Shown: positions 28,112 through 38,848, numbered from the stretch's first letter. The stretch: DNA of 64,000 nt from an uncultured virus (IMG/VR IMGVR_UViG_3300009666_001319) (IMGVR_UViG_3300009666_001319), one strand, 5' to 3'. The notes: a model not told the origin generated them from the letters alone. A program made the numbers and translations.

Positions 28112-29877
28112 TCGGTTTCTCCTTCCGCACTTTCTGTCATGCCGCCAAGCAAAGCCAGCAGTTCGACGTGAACCGTCTCATCCACCGCAAATGCCCCGCT
28201 TGTGCCAGGTGTAACCACAGCCTGGGAATTGATCCTTCCGAAGGCTTCCGCAAAGTCGCCGTGGATAACTTCCTCCACCTCGATCTCACCCATAAAGCCC
28301 TCTTCGATCTGGCGCACACGGTTTTCCAGGGAGGCAAGCTGCCTCGCTATCGTGGTCAGTTCCGACTCATCCGATGCCTCGCATATGAGAGCGATCTTTA
28401 CTTCATGGACGCCCTCATCGCCCCGCTGTATCTCAAACGGCGTGGATACGGTAAGCGTCGTGTTCCCGGAGAGGCGGCTGTCACGGCAGGAATAGATCAG
28501 CCGGTCATCGAGGTACACATTGGCGGTTACGATGCTTGGCTCATCCAGGGTGTAGGTTCCCGTCCAGATGATCTCGCCCCTCGATTTATCCGTCTGGATC
28601 TCAAACTGCGTGGCGGTCACCACGGCTTCAGCCGTGATCGCCATATCCGCCGCGCTGTAGGCGTCCGACATCCAGAAGGTGGACGTTCCTTCGACCCCTT
28701 CCTGCTGTGCGAGAAGTCCCTCGATGTCCTTTGTGTACCGGCTCTTCGCCTGATTGAGCCTCGGATTCTCTCCCACACACTTGATGTGGCTCTTCCCGTT
28801 GATGCGATAGACGATCTCCGTGATACAGGCGGTCTCGCCTGTTGCCTGTCCTCCGGAAAGGCTGAGAACATCCATCGGGTCAAGCGCCGGGTCTCCCGGA
28901 ATGTCCGCCTCGAAAGGCGTATAGGTCGTAGCAGCAAGATTTCCGATGATGCCCTGCAGAATCTCGCTCCGAAGGGACGTGGCTGCGATCTGCAGGAGCG
29001 GATTCGTGCCGATGTTGTAGATCAGGCCGTCATCCGGTTCCACATGGTAATATTCCGTCAGGCCGCCAGCCCTGTAGGTGGCGTAAAGCCCGGTGTACTT
29101 TGTGATGTAGTCCGCGATTCTGGAGGAATACCGCCACGATGCCGGGATGTCCATCACGGGTGTATTGGAAAACGGGATGACCACAAGCGCGCCGCTCCGG
29201 TCGATCTGGCAGACGCCGCAGAGCACGGTAGATACCTGCGCGATCATATCCCGGTAGGTCATGTCCTCATCCAGGTTCGTCCAGGAGAGGCTCCGTGCCC
29301 CGTTCGGCATGGCAGCCACCTGCGCCTCGGTCACACCGAGAGACACGCTGCAGATCTCACAGGCGTATTTCAGCCACTCATATGGCGTCCTCACCGTTCC
29401 ACTGTTTTTCATGTCCTTATCGAACTTCAGCATGTAGTCGTAGGCTTTCAGCTGCAGGATGGTCAGCGTCCTGGTGGCTTCTGCGACTACGAATTTCCCC
29501 ATGGGGATCGTTTCGGTCGGTCCCTTGTCGTTCCATGTTTTAGAACTTCTGGATGCCCAGGTAAAACCCCGGAGGTCGTTCCAGATATTTTTCACATGAT
29601 GCCGACAAACGAAGGACAGGTCGATCACCGCGTCATAGAGGCTGTAACGGTCCACATCAAGGTAGAGGGAGATATCCAGCTCTGCCGCGTACACGGAGCC
29701 AAGCTCCAGCGATGTGGAGCCGGCACAGGAGCGGGTAAGCGTCCCGCTCCCCTTTACGATGTCTTTGTTCGTGAAATGGTAGACTCTGCCGTTCTTTGCG
29801 GTTATCGTCCCGTACCACTCGAATTTCCTTGTCTGCCTGCGGATCGCGTCTTTATATTCCTGTGATACTTCATACAT
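28108..29877 (-). CDS. Tail hub/minor tail protein
   Basis: LELGSVYAAELDISL, PMGKF, AYDYMLKFD; follows the distal tail gene. Confidence 0.75.
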   Translation of the reverse strand: MYEVSQEYKDAIRRQTRKFEWYGTITAKNGRVYHFTNKDIVKGSGTLTRSCAGSTSLELGSVYAAELDISLYLDVDRYSLYDAVIDLSFVCRHHVKNIWNDLRGFTWASRSSKTWNDKGPTETIPMGKFVVAEATRTLTILQLKAYDYMLKFDKDMKNSGTVRTPYEWLKYACEICSVSLGVTEAQVAAMPNGARSLSWTNLDEDMTYRDMIAQVSTVLCGVCQIDRSGALVVIPFSNTPVMDIPASWRYSSRIADYITKYTGLYATYRAGGLTEYYHVEPDDGLIYNIGTNPLLQIAATSLRSEILQGIIGNLAATTYTPFEADIPGDPALDPMDVLSLSGGQATGETACITEIVYRINGKSHIKCVGENPRLNQAKSRYTKDIEGLLAQQEGVEGTSTFWMSDAYSAADMAITAEAVVTATQFEIQTDKSRGEIIWTGTYTLDEPSIVTANVYLDDRLIYSCRDSRLSGNTTLTVSTPFEIQRGDEGVHEVKIALICEASDESELTTIARQLASLENRVRQIEEGFMGEIEVEEVIHGDFAEAFGRINSQAVVTPGTSGAFAVDETVHVELLALLGGMTESAEGETE

Positions 29878-30244
29878 CGTCCAGATCCTCCAGGCTGAAG
29901 GAGACATTCCACAGGCTGCCGCCGCTCGTGTCATGCTCCAGGGAGACCTTGAAGCCGTCCATATACATGATGCCGGAGGACAACTCCCCGGTCTCCGGGT
30001 CCAGCCATTCCACGTTCAGGTACGGCTCCTTCTTCAGCTTCCGCAGCTTTTTGAGCCACGATGCGGACACAGGCAGCGTCACGGAGATGGAAGGGATGCC
30101 TTCCCGGATCACATCCCGGATGGTAGTTCCTGCCTCCGTCACGCCCCCGCTGTCGGCCACCACATCGGTGTAGTCAATGGAATAGTCATCCTTCTGGACA
30201 GGAAGGGCCGTCCCGTTGATTTTGATATACGTTTGAAATGTCAT
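29870..30244 (-). CDS. Distal tail-like protein
   Basis: Directly after the tape measure gene; TEAGTTIRDVIR. Confidence 0.65.
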   Translation of the reverse strand: MTFQTYIKINGTALPVQKDDYSIDYTDVVADSGGVTEAGTTIRDVIREGIPSISVTLPVSASWLKKLRKLKKEPYLNVEWLDPETGELSSGIMYMDGFKVSLEHDTSGGSLWNVSFSLEDLDDV

Positions 30245-33200
30245 GCCCTTCCTCCTGACCGCAGCGCCCTCCGCTGCTCTGCCGAAACGATCATCTCATC
30301 GATAAGGTTGCCCCCGATATAGACCGGGATCGTGATATCCCCGCTGTCTGCCATCGGCATGTTGTTATTGACCGCAGTCTGTATCATGTCCATCAGGGAT
30401 GAGACGCCGACTACTGCTTCCGGTCCGGCTTCCCCGCCGCCAAGCAGGTGATTTCCGGATCTTCCGAAGATCGTCGGGCTGTTCAGGATCATGCCGTTGT
30501 TCATGGCCTTCCGGTACCAGTCCACACTGATGTGCGGGATGGAAGGCGGATTCAGGCTGAAGGAGCCCGAAATGGAGAAATGCGGCAGCTTGATGTGCGG
30601 CAGGCTCCAGCTGAAGTTGAAGACCCCTTTCAGCTTGTTCACGATGCCCTGTACAAAGGACCACACTCCGTTGAACACGGATGTGAAGGTGGATTTGATC
30701 CCGTTTAAGATGCTGCTCACCGTGGATTTCACCGCGTTCAAGCCGGAGGATACCGCCGTCTTGATGGAATTCACCACGGTAGTAATGGTGGTTTTGATGG
30801 CATTCCAAGCCGTGGATGCCGCCGTCTTAACCGCATTGAAGACGGTGCTGGTGACGGTTTTGATCCCGTTCCAGGCCGTGCTTACTGCCGTCTTCACTCC
30901 GTTTACCACAGTCGTGATGGTAGTTTTAATGCCGTTCCATACCGTAGAAGCCGTTGTTTTCACAGCATTGAAGGCTGTGGAGGTCGCCGTTTTGATAGCT
31001 TCCCAGGCAGTGCTTACCGCCGTCTTGATTCCGTTGATGATCGGTTCGAGCGCCGTCTTGATCGCTGTCCAAACAGTGGTTACCACCGTCTTGACCGCTT
31101 CAAAGATGGTGGAAGTTACAGTCTTCACCGCGTTCCAGGCATTGGTGATGCCGGTCTTGATGGCCTCCACTGCCGTGGTCACGACACCCTTGATTGCTTC
31201 CCATGCTGTAGTGATGATCTCCTTGCAGTTTTCCCAGATGAACTGGAACGGCAGGGTGATAATGGTCAGCGCCGTGGAGAAGAACTCGCCGATTGCCATG
31301 ATCGCCACCTGCACCACGTTTTTAATGGTCTCCCATACCGTGGATACGATCTCCTTCATGCCGTCCCAGATGCCGGAGAAAAAGGTTTTTACCCCTTCCC
31401 ACAGCCCTTTGAAGAATTCCACAAAGGAATTGAATGCTTCCGGGATAGTCTGGGTAAAGAAAGTCGCAATAGCCTGTACTGCAGTTGATACCGCTGTCTT
31501 GATCGCTTCCCACAGTCCAATCCAGAAATTTCGGAATTCCTCCGATGTGTTCCAGAAATAAATAAAGGCCGCAACAGCGGCGGCGATGGCGGCAACGATC
31601 AGTGTGATCGGGTTGGCGATGATGACGCCCCAGAGTGCCTGCAGACCGCCCATGAGCTTACTGCCGATCCCCATGATGGACGACACCCCGTTTACGATCT
31701 TCGGAGCCCAGGTCATGATCGTACCCACCGAAGTGAGCAGCTTCCCGATGATCACAAGCAGCGGTCCGATGGCCGCCACAACAAGGCCGATTTTCACGAT
31801 GACCTGCTGCTGCGCCGGGGTCAGCGCATTGAATTTATCTACAAGGTTCTGGATGAAAGTCGCCACTTTCAAAATGGTCGGCGCCAGGGCTTCACCGATG
31901 GAAGTCACCAGAACGTCAATGGAACTCTTCAGCTTTTCCAGGGAGCCGCCGAATCCGCTCATCATGGCCTCAGCCATTTCCTTTGTCGTCCCGGAGCAGC
32001 TGCTTAAGGACGCATCCAGTTCTCCGACTTCATCTGGTGCGGTATTGATCAGGGCAAGCCACGGAGCCATCTGGTTCTTACCAAAAATAGCGGATGCCGC
32101 CGCGATCTGTTCCGACTCGGACAGCTTCCCAAACGCTTCATGCAGTTCCTTCTGAATCTGGATGGAACTCTTCATCGTGCCATCGGAATTGGTCACGGAA
32201 ATGCCGAGCTTATCCATCATCTCCGCGCCTTCCTTGGCGGGAGACACAAGCCTTGCCAGACCCGTTTTCAGGGAATTCGCCGCCTTATCCGCATCGATAC
32301 CATTGTTCGCCATAATGCCCATGTAAAGGGCTGCGTCATTGACCGAGTACCCTGCGGATGAAAAGATCGGGGCTGCCACGGACATGGCATGCGACAGGCT
32401 GTCCACATCCAGCGCGGAGTTGTTACAGGCAGCCGCAAATACGTCAGCATAATGCTCCGCTTCAGAGAAGCTTCCGTGGAAGCCGTTGATGGTTGCGACC
32501 AAGCCGCCGGACACTGTATCCAGGTTTCCGCCCTCGCCTGCTGCCAGGTTCATGGCGGGAGCAAGCGCATCGGCGGCCTCCTCTGCTTTCAGGCCGGCAC
32601 GGGCGAAGTTCAGCGTAGCTGTCGCCGCGTCCTTCATGCCGAAGGTGGAATTTGCCGCCGCATCCTTCATGGCTTTATTCAGAAGCTGTGCCTGCTCCTC
32701 CGTGTTACCCATGGTCTTGTTTGTGAGCTGCATGGTCTTATCGACCTCGGCAAAGCTCGCCACGCCAGCCGCGCCCACAGCAGCAAGGGGAAGCGTGAAA
32801 TGCGTTGTCAGGGTCTTGCCCGCGCTCTCCATCTTGCCGCCGAGTTCCTTCATCTTCTCCCCGGCCGCGGCCACCTGCTGTGCCTGGACGGACCCGAAGT
32901 TCTTATATTCCTGCTCCAAGCCTTTCAGCTTCTGCTCGGTCTCGGCAATCTCCCTCTGCAGGGCATCGTACTGCTCTTTGGAGATCGTGCCGTCTTTGAG
33001 TGCCTGGTCTGCCTGTTTGGAGGCTTCCTTCAGCGTATCCAGCTTCTGCTTTGTCGCCTGTATCTCCTGCTGCAGAGTCTTATACTTCTGGGACAGCAGA
33101 TTGGTATTGCCGGGGTCCATCTTGAGGAGCTTGTTAACATCCTTCAGCTTGGATTCCGTATTACGGATCTCGGAGTTGACACTCTTGAGGCTGGCTTCGA

Positions 33201-33258
33201 GCTTAGTGCTGTCGCCGTTTAGTTCGATTGTAATTCCTTTGATTCGTCCGCCTGCCAA
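30241..33258 (-). CDS. Tail tape measure protein
   Basis: 1005 aa; RIKGITIEL N-terminus, Trp/Phe-spaced repeats, GGGEAGPEAV. Confidence 0.95.
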   Translation of the reverse strand: MAGGRIKGITIELNGDSTKLEASLKSVNSEIRNTESKLKDVNKLLKMDPGNTNLLSQKYKTLQQEIQATKQKLDTLKEASKQADQALKDGTISKEQYDALQREIAETEQKLKGLEQEYKNFGSVQAQQVAAAGEKMKELGGKMESAGKTLTTHFTLPLAAVGAAGVASFAEVDKTMQLTNKTMGNTEEQAQLLNKAMKDAAANSTFGMKDAATATLNFARAGLKAEEAADALAPAMNLAAGEGGNLDTVSGGLVATINGFHGSFSEAEHYADVFAAACNNSALDVDSLSHAMSVAAPIFSSAGYSVNDAALYMGIMANNGIDADKAANSLKTGLARLVSPAKEGAEMMDKLGISVTNSDGTMKSSIQIQKELHEAFGKLSESEQIAAASAIFGKNQMAPWLALINTAPDEVGELDASLSSCSGTTKEMAEAMMSGFGGSLEKLKSSIDVLVTSIGEALAPTILKVATFIQNLVDKFNALTPAQQQVIVKIGLVVAAIGPLLVIIGKLLTSVGTIMTWAPKIVNGVSSIMGIGSKLMGGLQALWGVIIANPITLIVAAIAAAVAAFIYFWNTSEEFRNFWIGLWEAIKTAVSTAVQAIATFFTQTIPEAFNSFVEFFKGLWEGVKTFFSGIWDGMKEIVSTVWETIKNVVQVAIMAIGEFFSTALTIITLPFQFIWENCKEIITTAWEAIKGVVTTAVEAIKTGITNAWNAVKTVTSTIFEAVKTVVTTVWTAIKTALEPIINGIKTAVSTAWEAIKTATSTAFNAVKTTASTVWNGIKTTITTVVNGVKTAVSTAWNGIKTVTSTVFNAVKTAASTAWNAIKTTITTVVNSIKTAVSSGLNAVKSTVSSILNGIKSTFTSVFNGVWSFVQGIVNKLKGVFNFSWSLPHIKLPHFSISGSFSLNPPSIPHISVDWYRKAMNNGMILNSPTIFGRSGNHLLGGGEAGPEAVVGVSSLMDMIQTAVNNNMPMADSGDITIPVYIGGNLIDEMIVSAEQRRALRSGGRA

Positions 33259-33294
33259 GGCTGTCTCCTCCTTTCAAAAGTTGCCGGAAAAAGG

Positions 33295-33459
33295 TTAAAA
33301 TAAATCGAAATCGCGCTGCGTTGCCACCTGCGCATAGTTCTCATTGTCGTTGTCGCTCTCGATATACATGTCATTGACGAGCCCCACCGTGAGCAGGTCG
33401 AGATCCCGGATGGAGATCCCAAGCTGCACACAGCGGAGCAGGAAGAGTGGAGTCGTCAT
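33295..33459 (-). CDS. Tail assembly chaperone, -1 frameshift extension
   Basis: MTTPLFLLRCVQLGISIRDLDLL..DFDLF lies in the -1 frame after the A8 run. Confidence 0.75.
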   Translation of the reverse strand: MTTPLFLLRCVQLGISIRDLDLLTVGLVNDMYIESDNDNENYAQVATQRDFDLF

Positions 33460-33833
33460 CTGCCGGTCGATGGCGTGCCGTTTTTTTTAGCTTCTGACTG
33501 GGTCTCAAGGTTCACGCCCCACAGGGTGATGATCTCCGGGAGCACCTGGTAGATGGAAAAGACGCTGAATTCCTCCAGCCACTCCTCCGCCGTATCCGGG
33601 ATGGAAGGGTCGGCATGTTTCGCCATCAGGTAGGCGATATTCTCGAACGCCTCCAGCGAACACATGGTAAGGCCGCTGTCCTCCTCGTTGTTTTCCTTCA
33701 GCTCCTTGTCCAGCTTGATGAGATCCTTGAAGATGTCCCTTCCGTATCTCACACGGTAAATGCGTGGGATTGCGGCAGAGGCTTTGAAGGCCACCTGCTT
33801 CCCGTCGATCTCGATCACTTTTGTCATGCTCAT
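33456..33833 (-). CDS. Tail assembly chaperone
   Basis: Between the major tail and tape measure genes; ends with AAAAAAAAC slippery site at 33480-33488. Confidence 0.85.
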   Translation of the reverse strand: MSMTKVIEIDGKQVAFKASAAIPRIYRVRYGRDIFKDLIKLDKELKENNEEDSGLTMCSLEAFENIAYLMAKHADPSIPDTAEEWLEEFSVFSIYQVLPEIITLWGVNLETQSEAKKNGTPSTGR

Positions 33834-33851
33834 GGGTTATCCTCCTCTTCC

Positions 33852-34445
33852 TTAGCCGTTCGCGGGTTCCTCAGCCGGGAGTTCGACCGGCAGATACACC
33901 GCGCTGTACCAGTTCTGATAAACACTGTCCGTGGTATCATCTCCGGTCTTCGCCTTCACGCATCCGTTTGCCATCGGTGTCGCCTTGACCGACAGGGTCT
34001 CGGTCTGCACTTCGACCTCTTCCTCGTTGGTCTTGGATTCCACGCTCGGGCGGCTGGCAGCGCACTTGTAGAGGACATGGCGGATCTTGCGGATGTCGCC
34101 GTCGAACTCGAAAAGGAGCGCAAAATTGACCGTTTCCGTGTTGGCGTTTTCGATCAGGACGCCGTTGGCATCCAGCTGCTCACCCAGGACATCGGTACGG
34201 AAGGACTCCGGCACCATGGCAAGTTCCAGGTCGCCCTCATAGCCCATGTTGTTGCCGATGGTGTAGTAGGCATAGCCGTCCGCATAGAAGTTCGTCGGCT
34301 CACCGTTGGCGTCAAGCGCCAGGGATACCGCGCCGGGCATCGGCACAGGCGTCCCGAAGGAGAATGTCCCGTCATCCGCGACGGTCAGGATCGCGTAGTG
34401 GACATTGCAGATATTGAATTTGACCTTATTCTTTTTCTTCGGCAT
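33852..34445 (-). CDS. Major tail protein (phi13-like)
   Basis: NKVKFNICNVHYA, FYADG, FALLFEFDGD. Confidence 0.9.
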   Translation of the reverse strand: MPKKKNKVKFNICNVHYAILTVADDGTFSFGTPVPMPGAVSLALDANGEPTNFYADGYAYYTIGNNMGYEGDLELAMVPESFRTDVLGEQLDANGVLIENANTETVNFALLFEFDGDIRKIRHVLYKCAASRPSVESKTNEEEVEVQTETLSVKATPMANGCVKAKTGDDTTDSVYQNWYSAVYLPVELPAEEPANG

Positions 34446-34770
34446 TGCTATCCTCCGTTTCAAATTGGTAGAGGACTTCATAGAGTTTTTCTTCCTCTAT
34501 CCAGACCTCCGATTTCTGATAAAAAATGCCGTGCCTGTCCAGCACGGTCTCCAGCCTCTCCTCCAGTTCCGGTTCTTTGAGGTCGGTATACAGCTCCACG
34601 TTTACATTGCGGATCTTTAAGTAGACCCTGCCGTCAGCGGAAAAGTTATCCGATCCTGGAAACAGGAAACAGATGAACGGAGGATCGGGTGACTCCCCCT
34701 CCGCGAAATGGTCATAGGCGATGGGAAGGTTGGTCTCCTCCAGCATCTCCACGATCTCGTTGTGTGTCAT
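34426..34770 (-). CDS. Tail terminator/completion protein
   Basis: Position; AYDHFAEGESPDPPF..FSADG. Confidence 0.75.
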   Translation of the reverse strand: MTHNEIVEMLEETNLPIAYDHFAEGESPDPPFICFLFPGSDNFSADGRVYLKIRNVNVELYTDLKEPELEERLETVLDRHGIFYQKSEVWIEEEKLYEVLYQFETEDSNAEEKE

Positions 34771-35153
34771 TTCAGCGCCCTCTCTATTCTTTCTTCCAGC
34801 TCCCGGATGCCCATCTCCTCTGCCGGTCCGATGTGGGGGATCGCACGGACCCTGCCGCCGCCCCGCTTCGCATGGCCGTTTTCCAGAAGGTGTGTAAGCT
34901 GATAGCGGTTCTTTGAATGGACAACCACATCCAGGGAATTAGATGTCTCTTTCACTTTCTTCACCGCCCAGCTTTTTGCGTAGCGGCCGGATTTCTTCGG
35001 GGCAGTCTGCGAGATCTGTTGCTTTACGATTTTCCCCGTGTTCTGGATTTCCTTCTTCATCACATCGACCGCCAGGTCTTTGTATTCTTCAAGCCCCTTC
35101 ATGACCTCGGATGCCAGCTGGTCAGGCCTTATTGTCGTTCCCATAGGTTTCAC
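34767..35153 (-). CDS. HK97 gp10-like protein
   Basis: APKKSGRYAKSW, LTHLLENGH. Confidence 0.85.
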   Translation of the reverse strand: MKPMGTTIRPDQLASEVMKGLEEYKDLAVDVMKKEIQNTGKIVKQQISQTAPKKSGRYAKSWAVKKVKETSNSLDVVVHSKNRYQLTHLLENGHAKRGGGRVRAIPHIGPAEEMGIRELEERIERALK

Positions 35154-35491
35154 CTCTCTGAAAGCTCCGCATGGAATTTACGGCTGTTGCGTTTGAATCC
35201 CATCTCGTCAATGGACAGGATGTTGTAGATCATGCCGCCCAGGAGGATACGGTAGCCCTTGGAATCGACTGCGGCGATCTCGGAGCACCAGCGCACCGTG
35301 ATATCCAGCCGGTCGGCTTCCACCGTATGCCCGGCAGATTCTTCTTCCTTTGTGGAAAGGCCGCTGGTCACAGCAGTCGCCCAGCAAGAGAAATGGTCTG
35401 TCCAGACCGCTTTGTGATTGCCGTATCTGTCCACCACGGTCTCATTCTTCTGAATGGTGATCCGTATTCTTAATGCTCCGATATCCATCAC
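35150..35491 (-). CDS. Head closure/head-tail adaptor
   Basis: IGALRIRITIQ..ITVRW..YNILSID. Confidence 0.85.
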   Translation of the reverse strand: MMDIGALRIRITIQKNETVVDRYGNHKAVWTDHFSCWATAVTSGLSTKEEESAGHTVEADRLDITVRWCSEIAAVDSKGYRILLGGMIYNILSIDEMGFKRNSRKFHAELSER

Positions 35492-35820
35492 ACCACCCCT
35501 TCCCGGATGCCGAACAACAGGGAGCGCAGTGTCAATGTCAAAGCATGGTGGTCAGCTTCTTCCCTGTGTTCATACAGATAGCCAAGGGCATAGAGAACAG
35601 CCACTCGCAGGGTCTCCCGGATATCGGTCATCTGTGCCCTGCTGTAGTATTTGGAGCAGCATTTATCCGAATCGATATCCGCCCACTGTTCATCGGTCAG
35701 CCTTGCCACATCCCGGCAGAGGTTTCCAGCCGCAGAGAGAAGGCTGCCGATGACCGCATCCTCGTCGGAGGAGTCCACACGCAGGTATTCCTTTGCCTCA
35801 GCAAAAGTAATGAATGTCAT
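35488..35820 (-). CDS. Head-tail connector (gp6-like)
   Basis: EAKEYLRVD..ED..AVLY...YLYEHRE. Confidence 0.88.
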   Translation of the reverse strand: MTFITFAEAKEYLRVDSSDEDAVIGSLLSAAGNLCRDVARLTDEQWADIDSDKCCSKYYSRAQMTDIRETLRVAVLYALGYLYEHREEADHHALTLTLRSLLFGIREGVV

Positions 35821-35837
35821 GGCAGCCTCCTTCCCGG

Positions 35838-36494
35838 TCAGTCAGCCACAGGCGCAGTGACTGTAATGGTGATGCTCACTTCCGTATAGCCGTCCGCTTT
35901 CAGCATGATGGTCTTCGGTGTCTCTGCGACTTCCTCGGCGCGGATATACAGCACGAATTCTCCCGGCTGATCCAGTCCCACACTCGCCGCCTCCTCTGCG
36001 TCAGCATTGGTCAGCGGAGCGCCGTTGTACTTCGCCAGTGCCACGGAAGAAAGGCCGGTACCGATGCCAAGGCCGATCCACTTGTGGTTGCCCTGCCCCG
36101 GAGCGGAGCTTTCGGATTCCTCAAGATCGTCCACATCCGCGGTCACAAAGATCACGTTGTTCGCAAGGGAGACGGAAGCCTTCTCGTTGTTCCTTGCCGC
36201 CACTTCATCCGTGAGGCTCGGTGCGAGGCGCACAGACAGGTTCCAGGCATCAGAAGCCATGATCCCGGCTTCTTTCAGCTTCACAAGAAGCGCATTGAAG
36301 TCGTTCTTCAGCCCTGCCACTGCGGTCGCCGTGCTTGCAGACTGGTTCTCAGCCTTGCTGCCTTCAGAGCCGCCACCGGGGAAGTTCTTCACTTCCGCGC
36401 CTTCAGCAAATTCCAGGGTACCGCCGATCACCGTGCGGTCGCCGCCATCGGTGTTATAGTTCTTTGTCAAATGCATAAGTTTATCTCCTCTCAT
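35838..36494 (-). CDS. Head fibre/decoration-like protein with C-terminal extension
   Basis: NYNTDGGDRTVIGGTL..LKNDFNALLVKLKEAG; follows the capsid gene. Confidence 0.7.
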   Translation of the reverse strand: MRGDKLMHLTKNYNTDGGDRTVIGGTLEFAEGAEVKNFPGGGSEGSKAENQSASTATAVAGLKNDFNALLVKLKEAGIMASDAWNLSVRLAPSLTDEVAARNNEKASVSLANNVIFVTADVDDLEESESSAPGQGNHKWIGLGIGTGLSSVALAKYNGAPLTNADAEEAASVGLDQPGEFVLYIRAEEVAETPKTIMLKADGYTEVSITITVTAPVAD

Positions 36495-36553
36495 AAGGCA
36501 GGAGAGCAGGACGGGGAGTCTCCCTCATCCCGCCCTCCGCAGAGTCAGATGGA

Positions 36554-37804
36554 TCAGCCGTTGGCCTGCTCGTCCGGATCAGGAGTCGGAGCCGGGGCCG
36601 GCTTGATGCCGGCCATCTTCAGCACCTTCACGGACTCCGGAAGGATCAGACGGCCGTCCACACGCTGGGTGGTCAGAAAGCCCACCTGGTCGGTGCGGGC
36701 ATACAGCTCGTTCAGACGGCGGAAGGTGCGGTTCTGACGGTCAGCGACCCAGTAGTTCTTCAGGTCACCGAACAGGAGCACACGCTCGCCGGCAGACATG
36801 GTCGGCATGAATGTGGAAGTGCGGATCGGACGGCCAAGGATGGTGTCCGGTTTTGCGGTATCCAGGCCCGGCTTCCAGATATAGTTGCCGTTGCCATCCT
36901 TCAGCTTCATGAGCTGCAGGAGCAGGGTCTCGTTGCAGACGAACTGGGCGTTCCTGCGGTACGGGCTCTTGAGGCTGTAGTAGAGATCGAAGATCTCATC
37001 GAAGGTCACAAGGTGCTCAGAAGCCGTAGTCACCCCAAGCTCCGCACCGCCGGTCTCAGCCAGGATGCCAAGGGGCTTCTTGTCACCGTCGCCAGTGAAG
37101 AAGGCACGCTCCTCGGCATTGCCCATCGCAACACCGAAACGGGTGGCGATATAGCTGGCGAGGTCGAAGGCGGAGTCATGCAGGAGCTCGTTGGAGATCT
37201 TGATCATGGTGCCCAGCTTGTAAGCGGACAGCGTGGTCTGACCGAACCTGGTGTCGGTCTCCGGGATCTCCTCGCCCTCATCGATCCACTGTGCCTCCAT
37301 AGTGTCGTTGGCGATAGGGATCTTGCGCGTACCGGAATTGGTGCGGATGACGGTCGCAAGCTGGCGGAAGATGTTGTTCTCCTCCAGCGCCTGGATCAGG
37401 CGGTGTTCAAACTCGTCAGGCACGGTATAGCCGCCCTCGGTGTCCTCGCCGATATTCAGCGCGTTGCGGACAGCGAACTGGTCGCCCTGGTTGCGGATCA
37501 TATTCCAGAAGGCGTCCCTGTACTCGTCGGAAGCGGTACCCTCTGCCTTCGGGGTCTGATGCGCAGTCGGCATGCCCTTCACGGGCTTGCTGGTCGGAGC
37601 GGAAAGCGCGGCGTCGAACGCCTCCTGCTGCTCCAGACGCTCGATCTCAGCGCCGAGAGCCTGCACATCCGCAGCCATCTTGTTGTACTGCTCCACAGCG
37701 GAAGCCTCGACCAGACCGTTCTCGCCGCGATGCTCTTCCAGAAAGTTCTTCGTCTGCTCCCACAGGTTTGCACGCTTGTTGCGAAGCTCAAGAATCTTAC
37801 TCAT
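36554..37804 (-). CDS. Major capsid protein, HK97 fold
   Basis: GGYTVPDEF, ISNELLHDS, FGDL, RVDG. Confidence 0.96.
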   Translation of the reverse strand: MSKILELRNKRANLWEQTKNFLEEHRGENGLVEASAVEQYNKMAADVQALGAEIERLEQQEAFDAALSAPTSKPVKGMPTAHQTPKAEGTASDEYRDAFWNMIRNQGDQFAVRNALNIGEDTEGGYTVPDEFEHRLIQALEENNIFRQLATVIRTNSGTRKIPIANDTMEAQWIDEGEEIPETDTRFGQTTLSAYKLGTMIKISNELLHDSAFDLASYIATRFGVAMGNAEERAFFTGDGDKKPLGILAETGGAELGVTTASEHLVTFDEIFDLYYSLKSPYRRNAQFVCNETLLLQLMKLKDGNGNYIWKPGLDTAKPDTILGRPIRTSTFMPTMSAGERVLLFGDLKNYWVADRQNRTFRRLNELYARTDQVGFLTTQRVDGRLILPESVKVLKMAGIKPAPAPTPDPDEQANG

Positions 37805-37876
37805 GAATTACCTCTTTCTCCGGAGATACGCTCCGGCCGTTGTTTTTGTTTTGGGTATAAGAAAAGCCGGGGCAGC

Positions 37877-38848
37877 TCATTTCAGCCACTCCAGCTTGTC
37901 TTTCAGGATCTCATACGGCATCGCGCCGTCTTTGGTTTTGCCGTCCATGCCGATCACGGGCATCTCCGGCTCTGTGTCGGCAGGATCGTTATCTCCGGCA
38001 GGAATATCCGGCTCCGCAGGGTTCTCAGTCAGATCCGGTTCATCGGTATCTGCTACCCCTTCGACGGGTTCCTGTGTTTCAGGACCGGCCTCCTGCTCCG
38101 GCTGACCACCAGCATCCGCATCCTCCGCACCGAGGCGGTTAAGGATGGTCTCCCCCATGAGGCGGGAGGAATACTGCCACATGGCTTCAGCCAGTTTGAA
38201 CGGCTTCTTCTTTTCGCCGCCTTCTTCGCCTTCATCTCCGTCTTCCTCCGTATCGGGATCATTGTCCTCATCCGGCTCGTCCGGATCTTCCTCCGGCTCC
38301 GGCTTCTTTGCTTCAAAGAGAATCTCGTCCGCAAAGCCCAGCTCCACCGCTTTCTTGGCATTGAGCCAGGTCTCATCGCTCATGAGCTTTGAGATGCGGT
38401 TCCTGGAAAGCCCGGTCTTGAAGGCGTAGGCGTTGATAATGCTCTCCTTGACCTCGTTCAGTGTAGTGATGGCCTTCTCCATGTCGCGGGCATTGCCCAT
38501 CGCAATGGTGGAAGGATCATGCACCATCAGCATCCCGGTCGGAGAGATCTGGACAAGGTTGCCGGCCATCGCTACCACGGAGGCGGCAGATGCCGCGATG
38601 GATGCGATGCGCACGGTCACATTGCCCGGATAGTCGCGGAGCATGGTGTAGATTTCCGCAGCAGCGAACACGTTACCACCCGGCGAGTTGACCCAAAGGG
38701 TGATGTCGCCCTCCTCCGCATACAGGTCATCCCTGAATGCCTTCGGAGTCACCTCATCGCCCCAGAAGGATTCGGAGTCGATGGGTCCTTCCAGGCGGAG
38801 TACCCTGCCGCCGCTGTCATCATGAATCCAGTTCCAAAATTTCTTCAT
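37877..38848 (-). CDS. ClpP-like prohead protease with acidic C-terminal tail
   Basis: VNSPGG, AASAASV, MVHDP, ETWL..AVELGFAD. Confidence 0.93.
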   Translation of the reverse strand: MKKFWNWIHDDSGGRVLRLEGPIDSESFWGDEVTPKAFRDDLYAEEGDITLWVNSPGGNVFAAAEIYTMLRDYPGNVTVRIASIAASAASVVAMAGNLVQISPTGMLMVHDPSTIAMGNARDMEKAITTLNEVKESIINAYAFKTGLSRNRISKLMSDETWLNAKKAVELGFADEILFEAKKPEPEEDPDEPDEDNDPDTEEDGDEGEEGGEKKKPFKLAEAMWQYSSRLMGETILNRLGAEDADAGGQPEQEAGPETQEPVEGVADTDEPDLTENPAEPDIPAGDNDPADTEPEMPVIGMDGKTKDGAMPYEILKDKLEWLK

